Shown: positions 20,490-30,929, counted from the stretch's first letter. The stretch: 64,000 nt of DNA from an uncultured Candidatus Rokubacteria bacterium (GCA_963754315.1 CAVWFS010000014.1:96001-160000); one strand, 5' to 3'. The notes: generated by a model not told the origin, from the letters alone. Numbers and translations: made by a program.

Positions 20490-21251
20490 ATGTCGATAAG
20501 GCGGCCGGTGGTCCTGGTAACGGGGCTGAGCGGCCTCATCGGCGGCGCTGTCCTCAAGCATATGGGAGACGCTTACGAGCTACGTGGGCTCAACCGGCGT
20601 CCCGTACCCGGTGTCATCTGCCATCAGGCGGATATCGCCGACCTGGAGGTCATTGCTCCAGCCTTCACGGGCGTACAGACGGTGGTTCACCTCGCGGCCA
20701 CCGTGGGTGCCGATGCGCCCTTCGCAGATCTCTTGCACCACAATATCGCCGGCACCTACAACGTCTTCGAGGCAGCCCGCCGCGCCGGGGTCCCGCGGAT
20801 CGTGTTCGCGAGCAGCGGCAACACGGTGACCGCGTACGAGCTCGAGATGCCGTACCGCGCCCTGGTGACCGGGCGCTACGACGAGGTCCCGGATGATCGA
20901 GGATGGATCCAACCCATCGCCGCCCGCCCGGGAAGCCTGTATGGCTGCAGCAAGCTCTGGGGCGAGACTCTTGGCCGGCACTACGCTGACGTGCACGGCA
21001 TGTCCGTGCTGTGCCTCCGCATCGGCAACGTCAACAGCGCCGACCGGCCGCTGCATGTCCGGGACTTCGCCGTCTGGTGCAGCCAGCGCGACGCGGCCCA
21101 GGCCATTGAGCGCGCCATAAACGCCCCGGCCAGTGTCCGCTACGAGGTGGTTTTCGTCACCTCGGAGAACCAGTGGGGCTACCGCGACCTTACCCGGACG
21201 CGCGCCGTCCTCGGCTTCGCCCCGCGGGACCGCGCCGAAGACTACCGCTGA
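20490..21251 (+). CDS. NAD-dependent epimerase/dehydratase (uronate dehydrogenase-like extended SDR)
   Basis: TGLSGLIG, FASS, YGCSK, LRIG. Confidence 0.82.
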   Translation: MSIRRPVVLVTGLSGLIGGAVLKHMGDAYELRGLNRRPVPGVICHQADIADLEVIAPAFTGVQTVVHLAATVGADAPFADLLHHNIAGTYNVFEAARRAGVPRIVFASSGNTVTAYELEMPYRALVTGRYDEVPDDRGWIQPIAARPGSLYGCSKLWGETLGRHYADVHGMSVLCLRIGNVNSADRPLHVRDFAVWCSQRDAAQAIERAINAPASVRYEVVFVTSENQWGYRDLTRTRAVLGFAPRDRAEDYR

Positions 21252-21301
21252 TGTCTCGAGCCAACCGGGGCGATTGTTCGACTCCGGGCGCTGTGTGAAC
21301 G

Positions 21302-22747
21302 CTAGGAGAGGTCGACCCAGACGGTCTTCACCTCCGTGTAGTGGTCGAGACCGACGGAGCCCATCTCGCGACCGAACCCCGACTCCTTGAACCCGCCGAA
21401 CGGAAGGGCGGCGTCGAACAGATTGTAGGCGTTGACCCATACCGTGCCCGCTCGGATGGCGCGCGCAGCTTTCAGCGCCTTCGAGACGTCGCGGGTCCAC
21501 ACCGCGGCCGCCAGGCCATAGGCAGTCTGATTGCCCTGGGCGATGCCGTCCTCGACCGAACGGAACGGGATGACAGAAAGAACGGGGCCGAAGATCTCCT
21601 CGCGGGCGATCTTCATCGTGTTGCTCACGCCGTCAAAAATGGTTGGCTCCACGAAGTAGCCCTTGCCATTGCCGGCCTGCGCCCGGCCACCGCCAGCGAC
21701 CAGGCGCGCGCCCTCCTGCTTGCCCGCCTCGATATAGGCCAGCACCGTCTCCATCTGAGCTCGCGAAACCACCGGCCCCATCCGGGTGGCCTTGTCCATC
21801 GGGTCGCCGACCTTGAGGCTCTTCACCTTGTCGGTCAGCTTGGCCACGAACTCGTCGTGAATCCCGTCTTCCAGGAACAAGCGCGAGCCAGCGGCGCACA
21901 CCTCGCCCTTGTTGTAGAAGATCCCGGTCATCGCGCCGCGGACAGCAGCCTCCAGATCCGCGTCGGCGAAGACAATGTTGGGGGACTTGCCGCCCAGCTC
22001 GAGCGACAGGCGCTTCAGCGTGCCCGCCGCCTCTCGCATGATCTGCTTGCCGACCTCGGTGGATCCCGTGAAGGCGATCTTGTCCACCCGCGGATCGCGT
22101 ACGAGGGCCATGCCGACCTTGCCGCCGGGACCGGTGACCACGTTGAAGACCCCTTCGGGAAGGCCTGCCTCTTGGCATAGCTCGGCGAACTTCAGGGCCG
22201 TGAGCGGTGTCTGCGAGGCGGGCTTGATGATCACGGTGTTCCCGGCGGCCAGGGCGGGGGCAATCTTCCACGAGGAGAGGAGGAAGGGAAAGTTCCAGGG
22301 CACGATCGCTCCCACCACACCCACGGGATGGCGCAAGGTGAAGGTAAAGGCGTTGTCCCGAAGCTGGAGCGTCTCCCCGTGAATCTTGGTAGCCCAACCC
22401 GCGTAGTACCGGAACACCTCGGCCGCAAAGGGAATCTCGACCTTGCCCGAGTCGAACATGGTCTTGCCCGTGCAGAGGCTCTCCAGCTTCGCCATCTCAT
22501 CAAGGTGCTGCTGGATCAGGTCTCCCAACCGCCACACGATCCGCCCCCGCTCGTGGGGGCTCATGCGCGGCCATGGACCCTCGTCGAATGCCCTTCGCGC
22601 CGCGGTCACCGCGAGGTCGATGTCCCGCTCATCCCCCCTGCCCACCGAGGTCAAAGGCTCCTCGTTGGCGGGGTTGATGGGCTGATAGGTCTCGCCCGAC
22701 ACGGGCGCTTGCCATTTGCCGGCAACGAAGATCTCTCCTGCGTTCAT
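21302..22747 (-). CDS. Aldehyde dehydrogenase
   Basis: PWNFP, FTGST, LELGGKSP, GEVC, EEIFGP. Confidence 0.95.
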   Translation of the reverse strand: MNAGEIFVAGKWQAPVSGETYQPINPANEEPLTSVGRGDERDIDLAVTAARRAFDEGPWPRMSPHERGRIVWRLGDLIQQHLDEMAKLESLCTGKTMFDSGKVEIPFAAEVFRYYAGWATKIHGETLQLRDNAFTFTLRHPVGVVGAIVPWNFPFLLSSWKIAPALAAGNTVIIKPASQTPLTALKFAELCQEAGLPEGVFNVVTGPGGKVGMALVRDPRVDKIAFTGSTEVGKQIMREAAGTLKRLSLELGGKSPNIVFADADLEAAVRGAMTGIFYNKGEVCAAGSRLFLEDGIHDEFVAKLTDKVKSLKVGDPMDKATRMGPVVSRAQMETVLAYIEAGKQEGARLVAGGGRAQAGNGKGYFVEPTIFDGVSNTMKIAREEIFGPVLSVIPFRSVEDGIAQGNQTAYGLAAAVWTRDVSKALKAARAIRAGTVWVNAYNLFDAALPFGGFKESGFGREMGSVGLDHYTEVKTVWVDLS

Positions 22748-22983
22748 GGCGCTCCCCTCCTGGCCCAGCCAACCACACCCGACCCGGAGTCTACGGTATG
22801 GGAGCGTTCTTATCCAGGCGACTCGTGGCGTTCTGGATCAGGACGTCTTATGCGCGGTGCCCGCCCGGAGAGAACAGGCGGGCATGCTCTCGGGTCCTTG
22901 ACCACTCGACGCCTTATCCGTAGGCTCAAGCCCAGCTTCGTGCGGGAACGTGCGAGACAGCGGCGTCCAAGGAGGAGAACAAA

Positions 22984-23601
22984 ATGCGACGGTCATGGAG
23001 CATCATCGTGGCGATGTCCTCTGTATTCGCGCTGCTCACCACGTTACCCCTCTCGGTGCGGGACGCTCACGCTCAAGATCCCTTCGTCGGCGAAATCCGA
23101 TGGGTCGGTTTCGACTTCGCGCCACCTGGGTGGGCGCCATGTGACGGGCAGATCCTTCAAATCAGCCAATTTACCCCGCTCTTTGCCCTGATCGGGACGA
23201 GGTTCGGCGGCAACGGTACATCGAACTTTGCCCTACCCGATCTGCGCGGTCGGGTCGTGATTGGGGAGGGGACGGGTCCGGGGCTGACCACGCGGAGTAT
23301 TGGCGATGAAGGTGGGGACGAAGCGATCACGCTCACGGTGAACCAGATGCCGGCGCACAGCCACCCGGCAATGGCGAGCAGCCACACGGCCTCGAGCGAT
23401 GCTCCGGGAGGTCGCGTCTTGGCAAATGCCACGGCCGATGGTCCAGACCCGAAGATCTACTCGTCGGGCCAAGGCAATGTCGCGTTAGGGGCCAGCACCA
23501 TCGGGTCGGTCGGCGGTGGCGAGGCCCAGAACAACATGCCTCCCTTCGTGACGTTGAACTGTATCATCGCCTTGCAGGGGATCTTCCCGTCCAGGCAGTA
23601 G
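22984..23601 (+). CDS. Secreted phage tail-collar domain protein (MdpB-like)
   Basis: Signal peptide (AHA-Q); PFVGEI..FAPPGWA.CDGQ, FALPDLRGR, CIIALQGIFPSR. Confidence 0.85.
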   Translation: MRRSWSIIVAMSSVFALLTTLPLSVRDAHAQDPFVGEIRWVGFDFAPPGWAPCDGQILQISQFTPLFALIGTRFGGNGTSNFALPDLRGRVVIGEGTGPGLTTRSIGDEGGDEAITLTVNQMPAHSHPAMASSHTASSDAPGGRVLANATADGPDPKIYSSGQGNVALGASTIGSVGGGEAQNNMPPFVTLNCIIALQGIFPSRQ

Positions 23602-23611
23602 CAGCCAGCTT

Positions 23612-24010
23612 CTACGCGGAACTCTTCCCTGGCGATCGTCGCCGTGGTCGACCGCGGGCTGAGATCTCAGCCGCGGTCGGCCCGGTCGGTCCGAGCGTGT
23701 CGTCGAGAGTGTTGCGAATCATCAGCAGCCTCTCCAGCAGAATCCGACCCTGCTCGGTGAGCAGGGTGCCGCGGGCGGCTCCTCGCCCAGGCCGTGACAC
23801 CGTCAGGGGCGTGCCCAGCACCGCTTCGGCGTGCCGCAGATATCCCCAGGCGTGACGGTAGGACCATCGGATCTGCCGGGCGGCGGCCAGCAGAGATCCC
23901 CGTTCGAGAATGGCAAGGAGGAGGGTGGCCCCGCCGTCGCCGATCACGAAGTGTCCGTCCAGCTCGAGCCACGTCTTGGTCTTGACGGCGGCCCGAAATA
24001 TGTCGGCGCG
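23612..24010 (-). CDS. ModE-type winged-helix transcriptional regulator (start uncertain)
   Basis: GSLLAAARQIRWSYRHAW HTH; divergent from modA; no clear in-frame start codon seen. Confidence 0.7.
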   Translation of the reverse strand, partial: RADIFRAAVKTKTWLELDGHFVIGDGGATLLLAILERGSLLAAARQIRWSYRHAWGYLRHAEAVLGTPLTVSRPGRGAARGTLLTEQGRILLERLLMIRNTLDDTLGPTGPTAAEISARGRPRRRSPGKSSA

Positions 24011-24107
24011 GACACGTTGAACCGAGCGCGTTGAATCGCTACGCTTCCCTGGTCCGTGTGACGTGGGTGAAGGTATTGCCGTTCCCCGATTCGACCGAGA
24101 GGCTGAC

Positions 24108-24884
24108 ATGCGCTTGATCCTACACCTGATCGTGACGCTCCTGGTGCTGCTTGCCGGCGTGGCGCCGGCCGTCGCCCAGGAGGTTATCTTCTCCGTGGCC
24201 ATCAGCATGAAGGACGCGGTGGAGGAGCTGGGCCGTGGGTTCGCCGCCGCCCGCCCCGGTCTTATCGTGCGATACAACTTCGGCTCCTCGGGAGAGTTGC
24301 AGAAGCAGATCGAGGCGAGCGCCCCCGTCGATCTTTTCATCTCCGCCGCCCAGCGCCAGATGGACGAGCTGCAAGGGAAGAACCTGATCGTGGCGGCTAG
24401 CCGACGGAACTTTGCCCGCAATGTGTTGACCGTCATCAAGCCCACTCAGTCCAAGCTCGATCTCTCCAAGCCGGTCGATCTCCTCGACCCTCGCGTGGGG
24501 AAGATCGTCATCGGCAACCCGAAGACGGTGCCCGTTGGCCAGTACTCGGAGGAGAGCTTGAAGGCCCTCGGCCTCTGGGAGCGGGTGCAATCGAAGCTTG
24601 TGTTCGCCGAGAATGTGCGCCAAGCCTTGGACTACGTGGCCCGGGGCGAGATGGATGCCGGATTCGTCTACACCACCGACGCCGCGATCCGGCGCGGCCA
24701 GGTCGTCGAAGCCTTCCGGCCTCCCGAGGACACGTATCGGCCCGTGATCTATCCGGTGGCCATCGTGACGGCGTCCAGGCATCAGGCCGTTGCTCAAGAG
24801 TTCATCGATCTCCTCACAGGCAGCGCCGGCCAATCTGTGCTTGCTCGGCTTGGCTTCCTGCCTCCCCCTCCCGCCAGCCGGTGA
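24108..24884 (+). CDS. modA: Molybdate ABC transporter substrate-binding protein
   Basis: NFGSSG.L..QI, DLFISA, VPVGQY, ENVRQAL, GFVY.TD. Confidence 0.93.
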   Translation: MRLILHLIVTLLVLLAGVAPAVAQEVIFSVAISMKDAVEELGRGFAAARPGLIVRYNFGSSGELQKQIEASAPVDLFISAAQRQMDELQGKNLIVAASRRNFARNVLTVIKPTQSKLDLSKPVDLLDPRVGKIVIGNPKTVPVGQYSEESLKALGLWERVQSKLVFAENVRQALDYVARGEMDAGFVYTTDAAIRRGQVVEAFRPPEDTYRPVIYPVAIVTASRHQAVAQEFIDLLTGSAGQSVLARLGFLPPPPASR

Positions 24885-24885
24885 C

Positions 24886-25581
24886 GTGGACTCCGCGACG
24901 CGCGCCCACGTCGCGTGGGTCGGTGCCCAGCGCAACGTCCTGGCCGGAGACCTCCGGGCCGTCGTGAGCTTGGCTGAGCTACGACGATTCGAGCACCTCT
25001 ATGCCCTGGGCCCGCTGGAGGGGCTGAGGGGCGAGATCTCCGTGTTCGACGGGGTCCCCCTGATCGCCCGCGTGCGGGAGGGCACGGTCACGGTCGCTGC
25101 GGAGGACGGCGCCGGCGCGTGCTTTCTCGTGTACGCCGACGTACCGTCCTGGCGGTGGACGAAAATCCCGTCACCCCTCCTCAGCGGTGAAGAGGAATCG
25201 CACGTTCTCAAGCTCGCGGCCGAGGACGAACGGCACGACGGCCTCGCGCCCCTCGCCTTTCTGCTCCGCGGAGTGGCCGCGACCCTTGTCGCTCACGTTC
25301 TAGACAAGCGCGACGGGCTCCCGCATTCGCCTGAGCGTCACGAGCAGGCCAAGGTTCGCCTCACTCTCCACCATCGAGAAATCGAGGTCATCGGGTTTCA
25401 CTCCGCAGCGCATCGCGGGATCTTCACCCCGGCCGATAGCAATATCCACATGCATTTTCGGACCATCGACGGACAGACGTCCGGCCACGTCGAGCGGCTC
25501 GATCTGGCGCCCGGCTGGATGCTGGGTCTGCCAGACTTCGAGCCCGGCGTCACCAGACGCGAAAAGGAGACCGCCGCATGA
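24886..25581 (+). CDS. Alpha-acetolactate decarboxylase-fold protein
   Basis: LGPLEGLRGEI and HMH-x10-GH zinc motif. Confidence 0.7.
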   Translation: MDSATRAHVAWVGAQRNVLAGDLRAVVSLAELRRFEHLYALGPLEGLRGEISVFDGVPLIARVREGTVTVAAEDGAGACFLVYADVPSWRWTKIPSPLLSGEEESHVLKLAAEDERHDGLAPLAFLLRGVAATLVAHVLDKRDGLPHSPERHEQAKVRLTLHHREIEVIGFHSAAHRGIFTPADSNIHMHFRTIDGQTSGHVERLDLAPGWMLGLPDFEPGVTRREKETAA

Positions 25582-25787
25582 AACTCAGTGCTCGCAATCA
25601 GCTCAAGGGCCGGGTCGTGGAGGTTCAGAAGGGCGCGACCACCGCCCACGTGAGAATCGACCTGGGTCACGGCCTCGTCGTGGTCGCGTCCATCACGAAC
25701 GAAGCGGTGGACGACCTCCGTCTCGCTGCCGGGGATACCGCGTGGGCCGTGATCAAGGCCTCGGACGTCATGGTGGCGAAGGAATAG
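25578..25787 (+). CDS. Molybdenum-pterin binding (Mop/TOBE) protein
   Basis: SARNQLKG..ITNEAV..L..VIKASDV; ATGA overlap with the upstream gene. Confidence 0.92.
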   Translation: MKLSARNQLKGRVVEVQKGATTAHVRIDLGHGLVVVASITNEAVDDLRLAAGDTAWAVIKASDVMVAKE

Positions 25788-25849
25788 ATGCAACGCCGGC
25801 CGTGACGGGACGCGCACAGTATGCGTCCCGTCACTCGGGAACACGACCG

Positions 25850-26119
25850 TCAGACGTCGGGGCGTTCGGCGTCAGAGCCCTCTTTGAAGAAGTGCACATC
25901 GACGCGGATCAGATTCGGCATGACCGTTTTGAACTCGCGACCCAGGATCGTCTGGACCAGGTCATCGGGCAAAAGACATTCCACACACGTCTCTGCACGA
26001 ATGGGAACGCGCACCTCGACGATGCCGGATGGGTCAACGTCGCCGAGCAGGATGTCAGATCCATCTGCCTGATACCCTGGACGAAACTTCTCAAGGACAG
26101 CCTCAAGCTCCTCACGCAT
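25850..26119 (-). CDS. NifU C-terminal-like small protein with CxxC
   Basis: RPGYQADGSD..CVEC; GGAGG RBS; follows the xdh-family large subunit. Confidence 0.65.
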   Translation of the reverse strand: MREELEAVLEKFRPGYQADGSDILLGDVDPSGIVEVRVPIRAETCVECLLPDDLVQTILGREFKTVMPNLIRVDVHFFKEGSDAERPDV

Positions 26120-26153
26120 GTCGTCCTCCCGGCGTACCCTGGCGATGGGCCGC

Positions 26154-28464
26154 TCAGCGCGCCAGAAGCTCCAGAGCAATCCGTTCGGGAGTGAGTGGCA
26201 GCTGGGTGATCCGCACGCCGGTGGCGTCGTGGATCGCGTTGGCCATGGCGGCCGGCGCCGGCACGATCGGCGGCTCGCCGACCCCGCGGGCACCGAACGG
26301 TCCGGCCGGTGACGGAACCTCGACGATGATGGTCTCGATGTTCGGCAGATCAGCCGCGGTGAGCTTCCGGTAGTCGAGCAGGCTCGGGTTCGTCAGCCGC
26401 CCACTGTCGTCGAACAACAGGGCCTCCGTCAGGGCCATGCCGAGACTCTGAACGGCGCCACCCTGCATCTGGCCTTCGACTCCAAGCGGATTGATGGCGC
26501 GGCCCGCGTCCTGCACCACCACGAAGTCGTGTAGGGTCACCTGACCCGTGTCCGGATCGACCTCGATGCGGGCCAGCTGCGCCGCGAAGGCGGGCGCCTG
26601 CACCGAGAAAGCGGGATGGCTCACCCCGAGCACGGGCGGCACCTTCGACATGTAGAGGTTGCCCTTCTTGCCGATCTGCGCCAAGGTGATTCCCCGGTCG
26701 GGCACGCCGCGGATGGTGACTCGGCCGTCCTCGATCTCGAGGTCTTGCACCGCCGCTTCCAGTTCCTTCGCGGCGATCTCGAGCGTCTGCTGGCGGGCAT
26801 CCTTGGCCGCCTCCAGGACCGCCGTGCCGACTGTATAGATGGTCTTGCTCCCGGCGCTCAGACCCGTGACGGGCGCCACGTCGGTGTCCCCCGTCGTGAT
26901 GCGCACATGGTCGAAATCAATCCCGTAGGCCGAGGCGGCGATCTGGGCCAGCGCGATGTTGGTGCCCGCGATGTCCACTTGTCCTGTCAGCACGCTGAGC
27001 GATCCGTCGGGATTGAGCCTGACGGTGGCTCCCGTAGGTTGCAGACCCGGAATCCAGCCACCCACCGCGAGCCCGGTACCGCGCATCGTGGTGGCCCCTT
27101 CTTGCGCTGGCCGCCCACTCCGCCCGCCCCTTCCAGAGGGGATGCTCGGCCAGGCGGCGCAGAACCTGCTTCGCCCCGTTGCTCTGCCAGGGCTGGCCGT
27201 TGGCCATCGGATCGCCTTCCTGCATGAGGTGTTGAAGCCTGAACTCGACTGGGTCTAGACCCAGAGTTCGGGCGATCTGTTCCATGTGCGAGTCGATGGC
27301 GAACGTCGTTTGCGGGGCGGTGGGGGCGCGGTAGGCGGCGATGCTCGGCTTGTGGGTGAGAACCTCGAAACCGCGGATGTCGAAAGCCGGCCACTTGTAG
27401 AGGCTGCCGAGGAATACCGCGCTCATGGCCAGCACGGCTCCCGCGAAGGCACCGGACTCGAGGATGGTTTCCGCCTCCAGCGCCACGAGCGCGCCGTCGC
27501 GCTTGACCCCAGTCTTCAGGCGGATGATGACCTGGGGTGCCGGCATCCCGGCTTCGAGCTCCTCCCTCCGGGTCATCACGTAGCGCACGGGCCGGTTGGT
27601 GGCCTGTGCCAGCAAGGCAGTGATGGGCTCGCACAGCGCACGGATCTTGCCCCCAAAGCCGCCCCCGCATTCGACCGGGATCACGCGGATCCGGTTCTCC
27701 GGCAGCTCGAGCACGTCGGCCACCTCAGAGCGCGTATTGAACGACCCTTGCGTGCTCGACCAGAGGGTGAGCAGCCCCGTGCTATCCCACTGAGCCAGCA
27801 CGGCGTGGGGCTCGAGGTAGCCTTGGTGCACCATGGGCACCCGGTACGTCTTCTCGAGGACCAGATCGGACTCCGCGAAGCCCTTGGCCACATCTCCTCG
27901 ATGGAAATGAGCCTGCTGGGCCACGTTGACCGCCTTGGCCGGCGTGGCCTCGCTCTTGGCGACGGCGACACCCGAGTGAGCGAGCGCTTCGCTGGTGTCG
28001 GCCTCCGTCCCGGCGTCGGCGACCGGCGGCGCGCCCACTTGCATAGATTTGAGGGGGTCGACGGCGACCGGCAGCACGGCGTACTCGACGTCGATCAGAT
28101 CGAGCGCCTCCTCGGCGATGGCAAGCTCGTCCGCCGCCACCGCCGCCACCGGTTGCCCGACGAAGACAACCCGATCGATGGCGAGCACGGCGTGGGCGCG
28201 GGTCGGGGCCTTGCGCTTCAGTTGTGGGATGTCGGTGGCGGTCAGCACCGCGCGCACTCCCGGCAGCGCCCGCGCCCGGCTGGTGTCGATGCGTACGATG
28301 CGCGCGTGGGCGTGGGGGCTACGAAGGAGCTTGGCGTGCAGCAGGCCGCGAGGCTTCAAATCGGCCACATACTCGACTCGCCCCGTCACTTTCTCGGCTC
28401 CGTCGGCCCGCGGGATCGAGAGCCCGACTCCCTTGACTTCGCGTGTGGTCTTCATCGTCGCCAT
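26154..28464 (-). CDS. Xanthine dehydrogenase family molybdopterin-binding subunit, frameshifted near 27101
   Basis: GGGFGGK, AYRAP, VEGQMQGG, GVGEP; split across two frames. Confidence 0.88.
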
Positions 28465-28465
28465 A

Positions 28466-28951
28466 TCAGCGAGACCTCCCGGCGGGCGTGGCGCCCGCGG
28501 CTTCGGCGATCGCGGTGAGCATCTTGGTATAGCCAGTGCACCGGCACAGATTGCCGGCAATCCCGTAGCGGATCTCTTCGTCGGTTGGCCGCGGATTCTC
28601 GGCGAGCAGCGCGGCCGCCGCCATCAGCACTCCGGGAATACAGAACCCGCACTGGGGCACGCCATGCCGCACGAAGGCGTCCTGCAATGGATGGAGAGCA
28701 CCGTCCCGGCCTAGCCCCTCGATGGTCATCACCGACCGGCCGCGAGCCTGCATGGCGAGCATCAGGCAGCTCGCGACAGGCTTGCTATCCAGATGAACGG
28801 TGCAGGCGCCGCAGTCACCCGTCCCGCACCCTTCCTTGGGTCCGGTGAGACCGAGCCGTTCGCGTAACGCGTCCAGCAAGGTCTCGTACGGCTGGACGAG
28901 CACTTCCACAGCTTCTGCATTGACCGTGCAGTTTAAGATCTGTTTCGCCAC
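28466..28951 (-). CDS. (2Fe-2S) subunit, CoxS/CutS family
   Basis: GCGTGDCGAC, QCGFC, NLCRCTGY. Confidence 0.95.
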   Translation of the reverse strand: MAKQILNCTVNAEAVEVLVQPYETLLDALRERLGLTGPKEGCGTGDCGACTVHLDSKPVASCLMLAMQARGRSVMTIEGLGRDGALHPLQDAFVRHGVPQCGFCIPGVLMAAAALLAENPRPTDEEIRYGIAGNLCRCTGYTKMLTAIAEAAGATPAGRSR

Positions 28952-28973
28952 GTGACCTATTCCTCCCGTTGAA

Positions 28974-29840
28974 TCAGGCGCGTGCCCGCTCGAGCGCGGT
29001 CGTCAACGTGCGCCGAGTCAGGACACGGACAAGGTGACGTCGGAACTCCACGGACCCGCGCTGATCGCTGATCGGACGGGCCGCCTCCACTGCCAGGTCC
29101 GCCGCCCGCTCGATGAGGGCCGGCGTCAGCGACTGTCCTTCAAGAGCCTGCTCGGCTGCCGTCGCCCGCAGGGGTACGGGCGCCACCGCCGCCAGCGCGA
29201 TGCGCGCCTTCCCGCACACTCCGTTCGACAAGGTGAGCTGGGAGGCGACGCCGACAACGGCGATGTCGAGTTCGCGCCGAGGCGTGTGACGCAGATAGTG
29301 CCCACCGCTTCGTGGCCCGGGCGTCGGCGCCACGATCTCGAGCAGCAGCTCGTCCGGGCCGAGCACGGTCCGACGGACCCCCAGGAAGAACGACGTGAGC
29401 GGAACCCGGCGCTGCCCCTTCGGGCCCGCGATGACCGCTTCGGCATCGAGAGCGAGCAGCGGCGGGACCATATCGGCCGAGGGCGCGGCGTTACACACGT
29501 TCCCCCCGATGGTGGCCAGGTTACGTACCTGGACGGAGCCGACGAGCGCTCCGCTTTCGGCCAGCGCGAGGTACCCGGCGCGGACGCCGGAATGGAGCTC
29601 GAGTTCACGGGCCGTCACCGCCGCCCCGACCCGCAGGCCCTTGCCGGCGTCGACCTCCAAGGTCCGCAGTCTCGACACGCCTGAGAGGTCGACGACCCAG
29701 CCCGGCTTGAGCAGCCCATTCTTGAGCTGGGGCAACAGGTCGGTCCCCCCTGCCACCAGCTTGGCGTCGGCCCCGTGGCCGGACAGGATCTGCAGGCAGT
29801 CGTCCACGCTACCCGGTAACGCTATCTCGAATCGTCGCAC
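28974..29840 (-). CDS. FAD-binding subunit, CoxM/CutM family
   Basis: AGGTDL, RNLATIGGN, DQRGS. Confidence 0.93.
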   Translation of the reverse strand: MRRFEIALPGSVDDCLQILSGHGADAKLVAGGTDLLPQLKNGLLKPGWVVDLSGVSRLRTLEVDAGKGLRVGAAVTARELELHSGVRAGYLALAESGALVGSVQVRNLATIGGNVCNAAPSADMVPPLLALDAEAVIAGPKGQRRVPLTSFFLGVRRTVLGPDELLLEIVAPTPGPRSGGHYLRHTPRRELDIAVVGVASQLTLSNGVCGKARIALAAVAPVPLRATAAEQALEGQSLTPALIERAADLAVEAARPISDQRGSVEFRRHLVRVLTRRTLTTALERARA

Positions 29841-29905
29841 GTAGGATCTCCGAAATGAGTTGGTCGGACACGCTCGTCCGGCGTGGTGCTCTTAGTATGC
29901 TCTAA

Positions 29906-29934
29906 CGGAAATATGCTTCGCAAAGCATATTCCG
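29906..29934. promoter_or_regulatory. AT-rich inverted repeat AATATGCTT-cgca-AAGCATATT (operator or terminator) upstream of the xdh-family operon
   Basis: Perfect 9-bp arms, extended by CGG/CCG; intergenic. Confidence 0.4.
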
Positions 29935-29952
29935 ATCCCGTCGCTGACTGTT

Positions 29953-30846
29953 TCACACCTGGCCCACCCAGGACGAATCGGCGGTCGCCTGCCAGCGCTC
30001 GCGGATCTCGGTGACGACCGCATCCGGCAGTGCACCCGCCTGCAGAAGGGCCGCGTTCTGCTGCCACCGATCGGGCTTGGTTGTCCCGACGATCGCGGTG
30101 TGGACGCCGGCCACGGCGAGGGTGAAACGAAGGGCCGTACCCACCGCGGTGCGAGTATCCCGCAGGAAGGGATAGTCGAGCTTCCGCAGGCGCGACCAGT
30201 AAGTCTGGTAGTAGGGCTCGGCCGGCTTTCTTGCGTACCCCCAGGCCACGTTGGCCAGGGGTCGCTTGGCGATCACACCCATGTCCTGAGCGCGGGCGAG
30301 CGGCAAGGTCAACTCCAGCGGCTCCTGGTCAGCGATGCTGACCGAGGTCTGCAACGTGTCGAAGCGGCCGCACTCGACCGCGTATCGCGCCGCCTCGCCG
30401 TCACCGCTGTAGCCGATGAAGCGCACCGCGCCTCGGGCGCGCGCCTGCTCGAGGGCAGTAATAGCGTCGCCTCGCTGAAGCTCGGCAAGCGAGCAGCTAT
30501 GGAGCTGGATGAGATCGAGGTAGTCGGTCTGCAGACGCCGCAGGCTGCGCTCGATGCTCGCCAGAATCGGGGCCAGACGCCAGTCCTCGCGCCCCCAGCC
30601 CCGCGCGTGCCCGCACTTGGTGAAAAGGTAGCACTCGCGCCGGCGGCCGCCGATGGCCCGGCCGATCAAGATCTCGCTGTCGTCGTAGCACTCCGCCGTG
30701 TCGATGACGTTCAGACCAGCATCGATCGCGCTTCCCAGGAGCCGCCCGACCGTGCGGGCCCCCACCTGCTGATAGCCGATCTCCGAGCCCCCGAAGCCGA
30801 GGACGCTCACGGCCATGTCGGTCTTGCCGAGCCGTCGACGTTCCAT
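29953..30846 (-). CDS. Aldo/keto reductase
   Basis: IDTAECY, FTK, SLRRLQTDYLDLIQLH. Confidence 0.92.
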   Translation of the reverse strand: MERRRLGKTDMAVSVLGFGGSEIGYQQVGARTVGRLLGSAIDAGLNVIDTAECYDDSEILIGRAIGGRRRECYLFTKCGHARGWGREDWRLAPILASIERSLRRLQTDYLDLIQLHSCSLAELQRGDAITALEQARARGAVRFIGYSGDGEAARYAVECGRFDTLQTSVSIADQEPLELTLPLARAQDMGVIAKRPLANVAWGYARKPAEPYYQTYWSRLRKLDYPFLRDTRTAVGTALRFTLAVAGVHTAIVGTTKPDRWQQNAALLQAGALPDAVVTEIRERWQATADSSWVGQV

Positions 30847-30855
30847 TGTTATTTA

Positions 30856-30926
30856 GGGGGGCCCCGAAATGGCCCCCCTGGCCCCCCTACGTTCGGGGCA
30901 CCCCGGCCAAGCCGGGGCGCCCCTCG
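30856..30926. repeat. GC-rich double-hairpin REP-like element, copy 1
   Basis: GGGGGGCC-N7-GGCCCCCC plus CCCCGG..CCGGGG hairpin; related to the copies at 56720 and 62348. Confidence 0.8.
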
Positions 30927-30929
30927 TTT

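Noticed and set aside
22984..23601. Prophage or tailocin
   Set aside because: Single collar-domain gene with no other phage structural or integrase genes
24020..24107. ModE box or Moco riboswitch upstream of modA
   Set aside because: No convincing match to the CGnTATAT-N-TATATAnCG consensus, and no riboswitch structure visible by eye
26154..27086. Naturally split two-subunit large chain starting at ATG 27086
   Set aside because: The upstream frame runs on ~170 bp in non-homologous sequence, and a single-base fix gives a seamless protein
26154..29840. Aerobic CO dehydrogenase (coxMSL)
   Set aside because: Active-site loop is AYRAPTA, not AYxCSFR (form I) or AYRGAGR (form II)
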